Assembly (NCBI GenBank): GCA_051313645.2
Contig: JBNRSN020000004.1
Location: forward strand, 336,784,001 to 336,848,000
Length of the DNA: 64,000 nucleotides
Direction of reading: 5' to 3'
DNA from: Centroscyllium fabricii
Lineage: Eukaryota
Each line of letters opens with the position of its first letter. The first letter of the stretch is position 1. Of the stretch, positions 50,664-61,987 are shown in pieces. A model generated the notes under the pieces. It saw only the letters and a program-made list of their open reading frames with translations, did no database searches and was not told where the DNA came from. The translations under genes and the position numbers were made by a program.

Positions 50664-53600
50664 ATGGAGAGCGGCGCAGTAAAACCAAAGAAGCTGGACA
50701 TCAGTCCACAGGACCCAGCTGCCGCCACTACCTTCGAACACTGGTTCGGTCTCCTGGAGGCCTACATGGACGCCGCCAAGGCTACAACCGACGGGAACAA
50801 GCTACAGGTTCTCCGGTCCAGGATCTCCAGCCGAGTATTCTCCCTCATCTGGGACGCCAAAACGTACCCAATGGCGGTGGCGAAACTGCGAAAATGCTAT
50901 GAGCGCCCAGTCCACTCTGTCTATGCCAGACATGTGCTCGCGACCAGACCACAACTACTGGGTGAGTCGAATGAACAGTTCGAGCAGGCACTCCAAGCCC
51001 TGGTACGGGTCTGTGGCTGCCAACCACGGACAGCAGAGGAGGAGGCGAATCTCCTCGTCCGAGATGCCTATGTAACAGGACTAAGGTGCGTTGAGGCCCG
51101 CCAGCGGCTGCTAGAGAAAGACTCCCTAACTCTAGAGGAGGCGATCTCCATCTCGAACTCGGTGGAAGGTGCACGCAACAAGCTGCAGGCGTACAGCGGC
51201 ACAAACCCGCAGGTCTACGACGTGTGGGCTGCACCACAACGGGCCCAGGCCTGGGCAGCACCACAACGGGCCGAGACCCCCACGATGGCAGCGACAGCCG
51301 CAAAGACGCAGGCGGACAGAAAGTGCTACTTCTGCGGCCAGGGATTACATCCACGGGCGAGATGCCCAGCGAGGACCGCGACCTGCGAGAGGTGCTCCAA
51401 GAAGGGACACTATGCAAAGGCCTGCAGATCAGCCCTGGCGCCCAACTCCAGGTACAACAGCGCAGCCTGCGAAAGCTCCGCCAGGCCTCAGGTAAGCTGC
51501 AATGGCAGCGCGATCCAGCGACGGTCCGGGGGTAGAGAAAAAGCACCCCCATCTCCCACCCTGATGCGGCAAAGGCCGGCTGCACCCACGGCACGCCAAG
51601 CTCAGCCACGGCCGGCCAGGCGCGACCCCCCAACGCCGGTAGCACGCCCAGCGCGGCCCGCTGCGTGCGAATCACGGGCACCGCCAACCCAACCACCGCG
51701 GCTCGCTGCGTGCGAACCACGGGCACCGCCAACACAGCCACTGCGGCCCGCTGCGTGCGAACCACGGGCGCCGCCAAAGCTCTCACAGCGGTCAGCCACG
51801 TGCGAACCACGGGCGCCGCCATCTTGCCTCCAACGGCCCGCCATGTGCGACCCCTCGGCGCCGCCATCTTGTCTCCAGCGGCCCGCCATGTGCGAACCAC
51901 GGGCGCCGCCATCTTGTGTTCAGCCTCAACCAGCAGGGGGCCCCCACACACAAACACACACTTCGGCCTCAGCCATACCAAAAGTCGAACAGGCTAGGCC
52001 GCACACCCTATCGAACTCGATTATGCTGATTAAAGTTAACAGCCATACTACCAATTGCCTGTTCGACACTGGAAGCACAGAGAGCTTCATCCACCCTGAT
52101 ACAGTGCGACGCTATGGACTGCAGATCCTGCCCACGAGCTACCAAGTCTCCCTTGCTTCACAGTCCCACACCGCGGACGTTACCGGCTACTGCTCCTACA
52201 CGCTCACAGTCAAGTGTTGCGTGTACCGCAACTTTAAGTTGTACATCCTCAAGCAACTGTGCACCCCAACCTTACTGGGACTGGATTTCCAGTGCCACCT
52301 TAAGAGCGTGACAATGGAGTTCGGCGGGACCCTGCCCCCCCTCACCGTCAGTAGCCGGGACAGTCCCTTCCCAAAGCGGAGCCCGGCCTGCGGCCTCTCC
52401 ACCCTGAAAATCGACCCCACCTCACTGTTCGCCAATCTCGACCCCAACTGCAAACCTATTGCTACCAAGAGTCGGCTGTACAGTGTGGGGGATCGGACAT
52501 TTATCAGGTCGGAGGTCGGGCGTATGCTGAAGGAGGGGATAATTGAAGCCAGCACCAGTCCCTGGCGGGCCCAGGTTGTAGTGGTGAAGACTGGCGAGAA
52601 ACAGCAGCTGGTTATCGATTACAGCCAGACTATTAACTGCTACACCGGGCTCGATGCCTACCCACTCCCCCGCATCTCGGACATGGTCAACCAGATCGCC
52701 CAATATAAGGTGTTCTCCACAATCGACCTTAAGTCGGCGTATCACCAACTCCCGATCCGGAAAGCCGACCGCCCGTACACCGCCTTCGAGGCAAACGGTT
52801 GGCTCTACCACTTCCTCCGGGTCCCCTTCGGCGTGACCAATGGAGTGTCAGTGTTCCAACGGGAGATGGACCGCATGGTTGACCAGAACGGGTTGCGGGC
52901 CACCTGCCCCTACCTGGACAACGTGACTATCTGCGGCCATGACCAGCAGGACCACGATGCCAATCTGGCCAAATTCCTTGACACGGCGGAACGGCTGGAT
53001 CTAACGTATAACAAGGACAAATGTGTCTTTAATACAGATCGGCTCGCCATCCTCGGATACGTGGTGGAGAATGGGGTCCTCGGCCCCGACCCACAGCGTA
53101 TGCGCCCATTGCAGGAACTGCCCCTTCCTCACAACCCCAAAGCCTTGAGGAGATGCCTAGGATCTTTCTCCTATTACGCACAATGGGTCCCACAGTTCGC
53201 GGACAAGGCTAGACCACTCCTCAAGGCTGCCGCCTTCCCTCTCTCGGTAGAAGCCCAAACGGCATTCACCCGGATAAAGGAAGACATCATCAAGGCGACC
53301 ATGCACGCCGTTGATGAATCCATCCCTTTCCAGGTGGAGAGTGACGCTTCGGACTTTGCCCTTGCCGCCACCCTGAATCAGGCAGGCAGGCCCGTAGCGT
53401 TTTTCTCCCGCACCTTACAGGGACCCGAAATTCGCCACTCTGCAGTGGAAAAGGAGGCCCAGGCCATCGTGGAGGCCGTGCGCTATTGGCGTCATTACCT
53501 GGCCGGTAAGCGTTTTACCCTACTCACCGACCAGCGGTCGGTTGCGTTTATGTTTAATAATAAACAAAAGGGTAAGATCAAGAATGATAAGATCCTGCGG

Positions 53601-54830
53601 TGGCGGATCGAGCTCTCGACTTACGAGTACGACATTCTTTACCGACCAGGCAAACTCAATGAACCCCCGGACGCACTGTCCAGGGGAATGTGCGCCAATG
53701 CCCAGCTAGACCGGCTGAAGGACCTCCACGAACGCCTCCGTCACCCGGGTGTCACCAGACTCGCCCACTTCGTTAGATCCTGTAGCCTCCCCTACTCCAT
53801 CACGGAGATCAAGGCTATGACCTGAGAGTGCGCTGTTTGCGCCGAGTGCAAACCCCAATTTTTCAGGCCAGACACGGCGCACATCATTAAGGCCACCCGC
53901 CCCTTTGAACGTCTAAGCGTGGACTTCAAAGGCCCCCTCTCCTCCACCGACCGCAACTCGTACTTCCTCATGGTCGTAGACGAGTTCTCCCCCTTCCCCT
54001 TCGCCTTCCCCTGCCCAGATATGACGAGCGCAACGGTGATAAAACACTTCACCACGCTGTTCGCCATTTTCGGTCTCCCCAGCTACATTCATAGCGACCG
54101 GGGGTCATCGTTCATGAGCGATGAACTGCGCCAGTTTCTGCTCCAGAAAGGGGTTGCCTCGAGCATAACGACCAGTTACAGCCCCCGGGGGAACGGCCAG
54201 GTAGAAAGGGAGAATGGGATCATCTGGAAGGCGGTCACCCTGGCTCTGAAGTCCAGAGGCCTTCCAGTGTCCCATTGGCAGGCAGTCCTCCCCGACACGC
54301 TGCACTCGATACGCTCCCTGCTATGTACTGCCACCAACGCCACCCCTCATGATTTATTGTTTTCCTTTCCCAGGAAGTCGACTTCGGGGACAGCTCTTCC
54401 ACCGTGGCTCACGACGCCGGGGCCGGTCTTCCTTAGAAAACACGTCCGCGGCCACAAGACCGACCCCCTGGTAGACAAGGTGCAGCTCCTGCACGCCAAC
54501 CCACAGTACTCCTACGTGCAGTTCCCGGACGGGCGCGAGGACACCATCTCCATCAGGGACCTAGCGCTCGCCGGGAGCACCAGCTCGCCCAGCCACGATA
54601 TTTCGACCACCCCCTGCACCTACAGTGGCCACCAAGGTATCCAGAGCCCCAGACGTGGCCAGCCCAAGACCACCATTCGGATGGCTCGGACCAACCACCA
54701 CCACCAGCATCTGAAGTTTTGGCACCAGCGCCGCTGTCACCACCACCGGACCCGAGCGGGACGGATCACACGGAACTTCTGCCAGAGCCCCGGCGGTCCT
54801 CCAGACAGACGCGACCGCCGGACAAGTTAA
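50664..54830 (+). pseudogene. gag-pol: Single-ORF gag-pol of element B with a nonsense codon at 53823-53825
   Basis: ORFs 50664..53825 and 53919..54830 share a frame; two CCHC knuckles, DTGS, YLDN, RNase H, integrase D,D,E. Confidence 0.92.
51652..51918 (+). repeat. 45-bp coding tandem repeat (PAACEPRAPP...), about 6 copies
   Basis: GCGGCCCGC....GTGCGAACCACGGGC.CCGCCA recurs every 45 bp. Confidence 0.88.
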
Positions 54831-55182
54831 TAATGAACTGCTCTGTCCATTCACCCCGCCGGACTTAAATTTTCAAGAAGGGGTGAATGTGGTAACCATA
54901 TATATGTATATAAATTACCACTGTAATATTGGTGCCAATATTACCACTGTACATAGCGGTCGGGTGCATAAGATGTTGCAACACTGTCATGGGGCCAGGT
55001 CAGCCACACCTCTAACTCCTCCCCCAGGTGAGTCCCTTTATAGGTGAGGACTGACCGGACCCGTTCATTCTGTACCTGTTGTTCGTTCGGAGTATAGCTC
55101 CTATGTAAGTCAATAAAAGCCTGTAGTTAAGGTCACTACTCGTCTTTGGCTTTATTGAGTTAATTGACGATACGTCACCATG

Positions 55183-56631
55183 CAATTGTGGAAGCAGTGC
55201 ACCACTGGCGCCACTATTTGGCCGGTAAGCGTTTTACCCTTCTTACTGACCAGCGGTCAGTAGCGTTTATGTTCCACCATAAACAGAAGGGTAAGATCAA
55301 GAATGACAAGATCCTCAGGTGGCGGATCGAACTCTCCGCCTTTGAGTACGACATTCTGTACCGGCCAGGGAAGCTTAATGATCCCCCGGACGCCCTGCCC
55401 CGAGGATCGTGTGCCAGTGCCCAGTTGGGTAGTCTGAAGACCCTCCACGCTAATCTCTGCCACCCGGGGGTCACCAGGCTCGCTCACTTCGGCAAATCAC
55501 GCAATCTCCCTTATTCCATTGTGGAGATCAAGGCGATGACGCAGGAGTGCCCTGTCTGTGCTGAGTGCAAGCCCCAGTTCTACAGGCCTGACAGGGCGCA
55601 CCTCATCAAGGCCACCCGTGCATTTGAGCGCCTGAATGTGGACTTTAAGGGTCCCCTCCCCTCTACCAATCGTTACTCGTACATCCTCACTGTGGTCGAC
55701 GAGTTCTCCCATTTCCCTTTTGCATTCCCATGCACAGATATGATGAGTGCGACAGTGATAAAGCATTTTATCACGCTATTCGCCATTTTCAGCCTCCCCG
55801 GCTTCGTACACAGCGACCGGGGGTCCTCTTTTATGACCAACGAACTGCGTCACTTTCTGCTCGTGAGGGGGGTTGCCTCGAGCAGAACGACCAGTTACAA
55901 CCCCCGGGGGAATGGCCAGGTAGAGCGGTTTAATGGGACCATCTGGAAGGCCATTTCTCTGGCCATTCGATCCAAAGGCCTTCCAACCTTACACTGGCAG
56001 GAGGTCTTCCAGGATGCGCTACTCGTTCCCTTTTGTGTACAGCTACCGGTTGCACTCCTCACGAGAGACTCTTCTCTTTCCACAGGAAATCGACTTCGGG
56101 GACGTTGCTGCCGACGTGGCTTACCAACCCGGGGCCGGTCCTGCTTCATGGGCATGCCCGGCGGCACAAGACGGACCCTCTTGTTGAACGTGTGCGCCTG
56201 CTGCATGCCAACCCTCAGTACACTTACGTGGAGTACGCAGACAGGCGTGAGGATACCGTCTCAATTAGAGACCTCGCGCCCGCTGGAGACGTTCATGGGG
56301 AGTTGTTGGCGGAGCCCTTGCCCTCCAGGTCGCACTTCCACAACAGGGGCCGACTTTTCATTCACCGGCGCACATTACATCGGGGCCCTTGCCACCTACA
56401 ATGCACGACAGAGTTCATCACATTGCTCAACCTCCGGCGGCTGCTACACCTCCACCAGATCTTCCTGCGTATGAACCTCCTCTTCCACCGGTGGAGTCCC
56501 TGTTCACTTCGGGAGCCCCGTCAGCATCTTTTCCGATTGCGACTACTCCCGCTTTTTCATGTGAATCGCCATTGCTTCGCAGGTCTTCTCAGACTGTTCG
56601 ACCTCCTCAAAGACTGATAACGCAGTGCTGA
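55183..56631 (+). pseudogene. pol: RNase H end and integrase of element A
   Basis: AIVEAVHHWRHYLAGK continues EKEAH from 50349; HHCC, DFKGP, SDRG, NGQVE; frameshift near 56020. Confidence 0.88.
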
Positions 56632-56959
56632 TGTTCGCCCCGCGGGACTTGTTTTTTAAGGAAGGGGTGAATATGGTGAACCATTTAGTGTAGTTCACAC
56701 TGTGTTATTATTGTATATAGTTTGTACTAATAAAGTTGTTCCTTTCTGTAAGGACCTGGACCAGCTGGTTTATACTCATACTCCGGGTATGAGTATAAAG
56801 GAGGATGCTCCACCCACCTGACTCTCATTCCGGGCGGGGCTCATCGCGGACCAGGTCTTGTTCTTAGCAAATAAAAGCCTTTGATTACGATTCACCAAAG
56901 ACTGGCGTAATTGATTAGCGCATCAAAGATGAAGCAGCGCTACCCCCACATACACTCAG

Positions 56960-57330
56960 AATTATAGAATGATACAGCACAGTAGGAGACCATCCGTCAT
57001 GTCGCGACAATGCCGGCGCAGTGAAAGAACTATCCAATTAGTCCCACTTCCCTGCTCTTTTCCTATAGCCCTGTAAATGTTTCCCTTCAGGTATTTATCC
57101 AATTACCTCTTGAAAGTTGTTATTGAATCTGCTTCCATCACCCTTTCAGGTAGCGCATTCCAGAACATTACAACTCGCTATGTAACTTTTTTTTTTCTCA
57201 TGTCGCCTCTGATTCTTTTGCCAATTACCTTAAATCTGTGTCCTTTGGTTAGTGACTCTTCCGCCACTGGAAACAGGAGGTGTGACAGACAAAAGAGTAC
57301 TAAATATACTCTGTCAAAACCCTTCATGAT
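56960..57330 (-). mobile_element. CR1 3' fragment split by element C; continues at 61993-62240
   Basis: MKGFDRV...TKGHRFKVIGKRIRGDMRK on the minus strand; upstream CR1 coding sequence resumes after 61992. Confidence 0.75.
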
Positions 57331-60300
57331 TGTGATAAACATGTATATCACTTGTATATAGTTGACTGCCATGTATTATGATGTAACCTATACCTGTACT
57401 GTATTACACTGTTCTGTGAGATGACACCTGGGACATGCCCAGGTTGGCTCCGCCCACGACTCCTCCCCCGCAGGAGGAGGTATATAAGTGACTGCCCCCA
57501 TCCCCCATGCCATTCCCGGGGACAGTCGACTTGCTGGTGTGTGTTCCAGGTGTAGTGAATAAAAGCCTGATTGTTCCTAATTACTACTCGACTCCGAGGA
57601 CGTTATTGAAGGTTACAATTTTATTCACTACTGTTAAAAATGGATACCACAATGCTCAAGCCAGCAGTGTTCGAAGTGGATCCCCGATCACCAGGAGCAG
57701 CGAACGCCTTCTCACACTGGCGCAATGTACTCGAAGGATACATCAGAGCCAATGCAGCGGTCATCATGACCGAGGAGCAAAAACGGCGACTCCTCCACGC
57801 CCGGGTGGGCCCTCAGGTGTACTCGATGATAGTGGACGCCCCATCGTTCCAAGAGGCCCTCAGGATTCTCGAGGCGGAATACAATCGGGCACCAAATGTG
57901 GTCCACGCTAGGCACAAACTCGCCACCAGAAAGCAACAAACCAGTGAGTCAAGTGTGCAGTTTCTAAGAGCCCTTAGAATACTGGCGCGAGACTGTGACT
58001 GCAGAGCGCTAACGGTCCAAGTCCATATAGACAGCCTTATCAGAGACGCCTACGTAACAGGCTTAAAATCGGACTATGCCAGGCAGAGACTGCTGGAGCA
58101 GAACGGCCAGGACTTACAGGCGACTACAGACTTGGGGCACGCGCTGGATAGCGCCTCAACGGACTTATCCTCATACTCAAATAACTATGCAGGCCCAGCC
58201 CCGCAATCTTGGACAGTGCCGGCGCAACGACCGGCAGAAGAACTAATCACAGAGGCCTACGCGAAAACGGCAGCCAAATGCTATTTCTGTGGACAATCCC
58301 AGCACTCAAGACACAGCTGCCCTGCTAGAGAAGCGACCTGCTCGAAATGCGACAAGAAAGGACATTATGCGAAGGTTTGCAAGAACACTAGCATAAAATC
58401 GAAACTGGGTAGCGCCGCGTGTGGAACAGGGGAGCAGCCATATTGGGCTCACCCATCCCCCACTCAGCATCCCTTGTGGCAGCAGCAGCAACAGCGGCCA
58501 TCTTGGACTCAGCCTCCACAGTACACCACATGGCGGCAGCCATCTTGGGGAGCGGCCTCGGAGGACTACTCTCCGGATCAAGACGACTTGGAGGACCCTG
58601 TGTTAGCATCGATGACCATCGACCAGAGGAAGACTCAACCGCTGGAGAAATCTATGATGCCGGTGGAAGTCAACGGTGAAGAGGTGGTGTGCCTGTTCGA
58701 CAGCGGGAGCACAGTAAGTTTTATACACCAAAGTACTGTAAAGCGCCTCTCCCTTAGAGTAATCCCTGCCTGCCAGAGAATATCTATGGCATCCAAGTCG
58801 GAATTTTCTGACGTCACCGGGCGCTGCACTGTAACACTTAATGTCCAGGGCGCAATATTTAACGATTTTAGTTTTTACGTGCTGCCGCAGCTCTGCGCCC
58901 CCCTACTCCTGGGACTGGATTTCCAGTGCCACCTCCAGAGCGTTACGATGGCATTCGGCGGACCCCTTCCCTCACTCACAGTCAGAAACCGCGGCTCAAT
59001 GCGGTACCCCCAGCACACTACCTGTGGCCTCTCGACCCTTAAGGTTGCCCCTCCATCCCTCTTTGCCAACCTCACCCCAGACTGCAAGCCCGTCGCCACC
59101 AAAAGTAGGCGCTACAGTGCTGGGGACATGGTATTTATAAAATCTGAAGTGCAGCGCCTCCTAAAAGAAGGGGTAATAGAGGCCAGTAATAGCCCCTGGA
59201 GAGCGCAGGTAGTGGTAGTAAAAACCAGAGAGAAGAACCGGATGGTTGTGGACTACAGCCAGACCATAAACCGGTTCACCCAACTAGATGCCTACCCCCT
59301 CCCCCGGATAGCGGACATGGTGAACCAAATCGCCCAATTTAAAGTGTATTCCACGATCGATCTTAAATCGGCTTATCACCAGCTTCCCATCCGCCCAGAG
59401 GACCGTCCTTATACAGCCTTTGAGGCTGACGGTCGCCTCTACCACTTCCTTAGGGTTCCGTTTGGTGTCACGAATGGGGTCTCGGTCTTCCAAAGGGAGA
59501 TGGACCGAATGGTTGATCGGTACGGGCTGCGAGCCACTTTCCCGTATCTTGATAATGTGACCATCTGCGGCCATGACCAGCAGGACCATGACGCCAACCT
59601 CCAAAAATTTCTCCACACGGCCAAAACCCTGAACTTAACATACAATAAGGAGAAATGTGTTTTTAGCACCGCCCGTCTGGCCATCCTCGGCAGCGTGGTG
59701 GAGAACGGAGTCATCGGTCCAGACCCGAACCGCATGCGCCCCCTCATGGAGCTCCCCCTCCCCCACTCCCTCAAAGCCCTTAAATGGTGTTTGGGATTTT
59801 TCGCCTATTATGCCCAGTGGGTCCCTAATTATGCGGACAAAGCTCGGCCACTACTTAAATCGGCCTCTTTTCCCCTTTCTGCAGAAGCCAACTCGGCGTT
59901 CTGCAGAATTAAAAACGATATTGCCAAAGCCACGATGCACGCTGTGGATGAGTCCGTCCCGTTTCAGGTAGAGAGTGATGCATCTGACTTTGCCCTGGCC
60001 GCCACCCTTAACCAGGCGGGCAGACCCGTGGCCTTCTTTTCACGTACCCTCCAAGGCCCCGAAACCCGCCACTCCTCAGTCGAAAAGGAGGCCCAGGCCA
60101 TCGTTGAAGCAGTGCGGCATTGGAAGCACTACCTGGCCGGCAAACGTTTTACCCTGTTGACTGACCAACGATCAGTCGCATTCATGTTCAACAACAAGGA
60201 ACGGGGTAAAATAAAGAACGACAAGATATTAAGGTGGAGAATTGAACTATCTGCGTTCAATTATGATATCTTGTACCGGCCTGGGATATTTAACGAACCC

Positions 60301-61987
60301 CCAGATGCCCTATCCCGCGGTACCTGTGCCAGCGCACAGGCTGACCGTCTCCAAACCCTTCACAATGACCTCTGCCACCCGGGGGTCACCAGGTTGGTCC
60401 ACTTTGTGAAGTCCCGCAACCTCCCCTACTCCATCGAGGAGGTCAAGACCCTGACCAGCAACTGCCAGGTCTGCGCGGAGTGCAAGCCGCACTTCTACCG
60501 GCCAGACCGGGCGCACTTGATCAAGGCCACTCGCCCCTTTGAACGACTCAGCATCGATTTTAAAGGGCCCCTTCCCTCATCTAATAGGAATGTGTATTTC
60601 CTTAACATTATAGATGAGTACTCCCGCTTCCCTTTCGCCATTCCCTGCCAGGACATGACTTCCGCTACCGTCATCAAAGCCCTTAATAGCATCTTCTCCC
60701 TGTTCGGGTACCCCAACTATATCCATAGTGACCGGGGGGCCTCTTTTATGAGTGACGAGCTGCGTCAGTTTCTGCTAGCGAAAGGGATCGCAACTAGCAG
60801 GACTACCAGCTACAACCCCCGGGGGAACGGGCAGGTAGAGAGGGAGAACGCCGCGGTCTGGAAAGCCATCCAGCTAGCCCTACGGTCTAAAGGCTTCCCA
60901 ATCACCCGATGGCAGGACGTCCTCCCTGAAGCGCTCCACTCTATCCGGTCCCTCCTGTGTACTGCCACTAATGCCACCCCTCACGAACGACTTTTTGCCT
61001 TCCCCAGGAAGTCAGCTTCCGGGACCTCGCTACCATCGTGGCTACTATCTCCGGGACCGGTCCTGCTTCGGAAGCATGTGGGGGACACAAGGCAGATCCC
61101 CTAGTCGAACGGGTCCACCTCCTGCACGCCAATCCCCAGTACGCATACATAGCGTACCCCGACGGGAGGGAGGACACCGTGTCCATAAAGGACCTAGCCC
61201 CAGCAGGAGTCCCCAAACCCAGCCCCGCCAGGCAGCCCGCGCTTCCAAGAAACCCCGCCCAGCAGCCCGCGCACCCAAAACGTTCGGTGACGCTGGGCCC
61301 AGTACCCCAGTATGTCCACAAGGCACCTGCGAGCAGCACGACCTGGCCCCAAGCTTGGATCCACAACGCGCGCCCACTAGAGTTAGAGGACGAAGGAGAG
61401 AACGCGCCCCCTGCTGTCAGAATAAGGGCACCACCGCCACACAGAAGTAACACAACAACCACCACTAGTCGACCGGCATCAATAGAGCAACCGACACAAA
61501 CAGCCGCTCCACGACCACGAACACCACAGGCACCACCAGCGGTGCGAAGATCGACGCGGATAACCAGACCGCCTGAAAGACTCAACCTGTAGTCAAAAGA
61601 ACTTTGTTTTAAATAAAAAAAAAAAATTCTTTCCTTATCTCTCTCACTGTAATTATTAGTCTTTCACCCCGCCGTACTTTCGTTTTAAAGAATGGGTGAA
61701 TGTGATAAACGTGTATATCACTTGTATATAGTTGACTGCCATGTATTACGATGTAACCTATACCTGTACTGTATTACACTGTTCTGTGAGATGACACCTG
61801 GGACATGCCCAGGTTGGCTCCGCCCACGACTCCTCCCCTGCAGGAGGAGGTATATAAGTGACTGCCCCCATCCCCCATGCCATTCCCGGGGACAGTCGAC
61901 TTGCTGGTGTGTGTTCCAGGTGTAGTGAATAAAAGCCTGATTGTTCCTAATTACTACTCGACTCCGAGGACGTTATTGAAGGTTACA
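57331..61987 (+). mobile_element. Ty3/Gypsy retrotransposon C, nearly intact
   Basis: 287-bp LTRs at 57331-57617 and 61701-61987 (3 differences by eye); 5-bp TSD ATGAT; PPT before 61701. Confidence 0.96.
57640..61592 (+). CDS. gag-pol: Single-ORF gag-pol of element C with one frameshift near 61080
   Basis: 1154-aa ORF with CCHC knuckles, DSGS, YLDN, RNase H and integrase; the C-terminal GHKADPLVERV...RRSTR..PPERL lies in another frame. Confidence 0.9.

Larger units (their letters stand above)
50350..55177 (+). mobile_element. Ty3/Gypsy retrotransposon B nested in the RNase H of element A
   Basis: 290-bp LTRs at 50350-50639 and 54888-55177 (3 differences by eye); 5-bp TSD CCATG; PPT AAGAAGGGGTGAA. 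Confidence 0.96.
47063..56925 (+). mobile_element. Ty3/Gypsy retrotransposon A (outer element, degenerate)
   Basis: LTRs at 47063-47310 and 56672-56925; 5-bp TSD AAGAT; gag from 47333; DTGS protease; RT/RNase H interrupted at 50349 and resuming at 55183; several frameshifts. Confidence 0.93.

Noticed and set aside
50845-51981. 378-aa antisense ORF, and similar ones at 18252-18986, 49257-50081 and 60968-61585
   Set aside because: These are shadow frames of GC-rich or repetitive gag-pol with no recognisable motifs and are not conserved between sister elements
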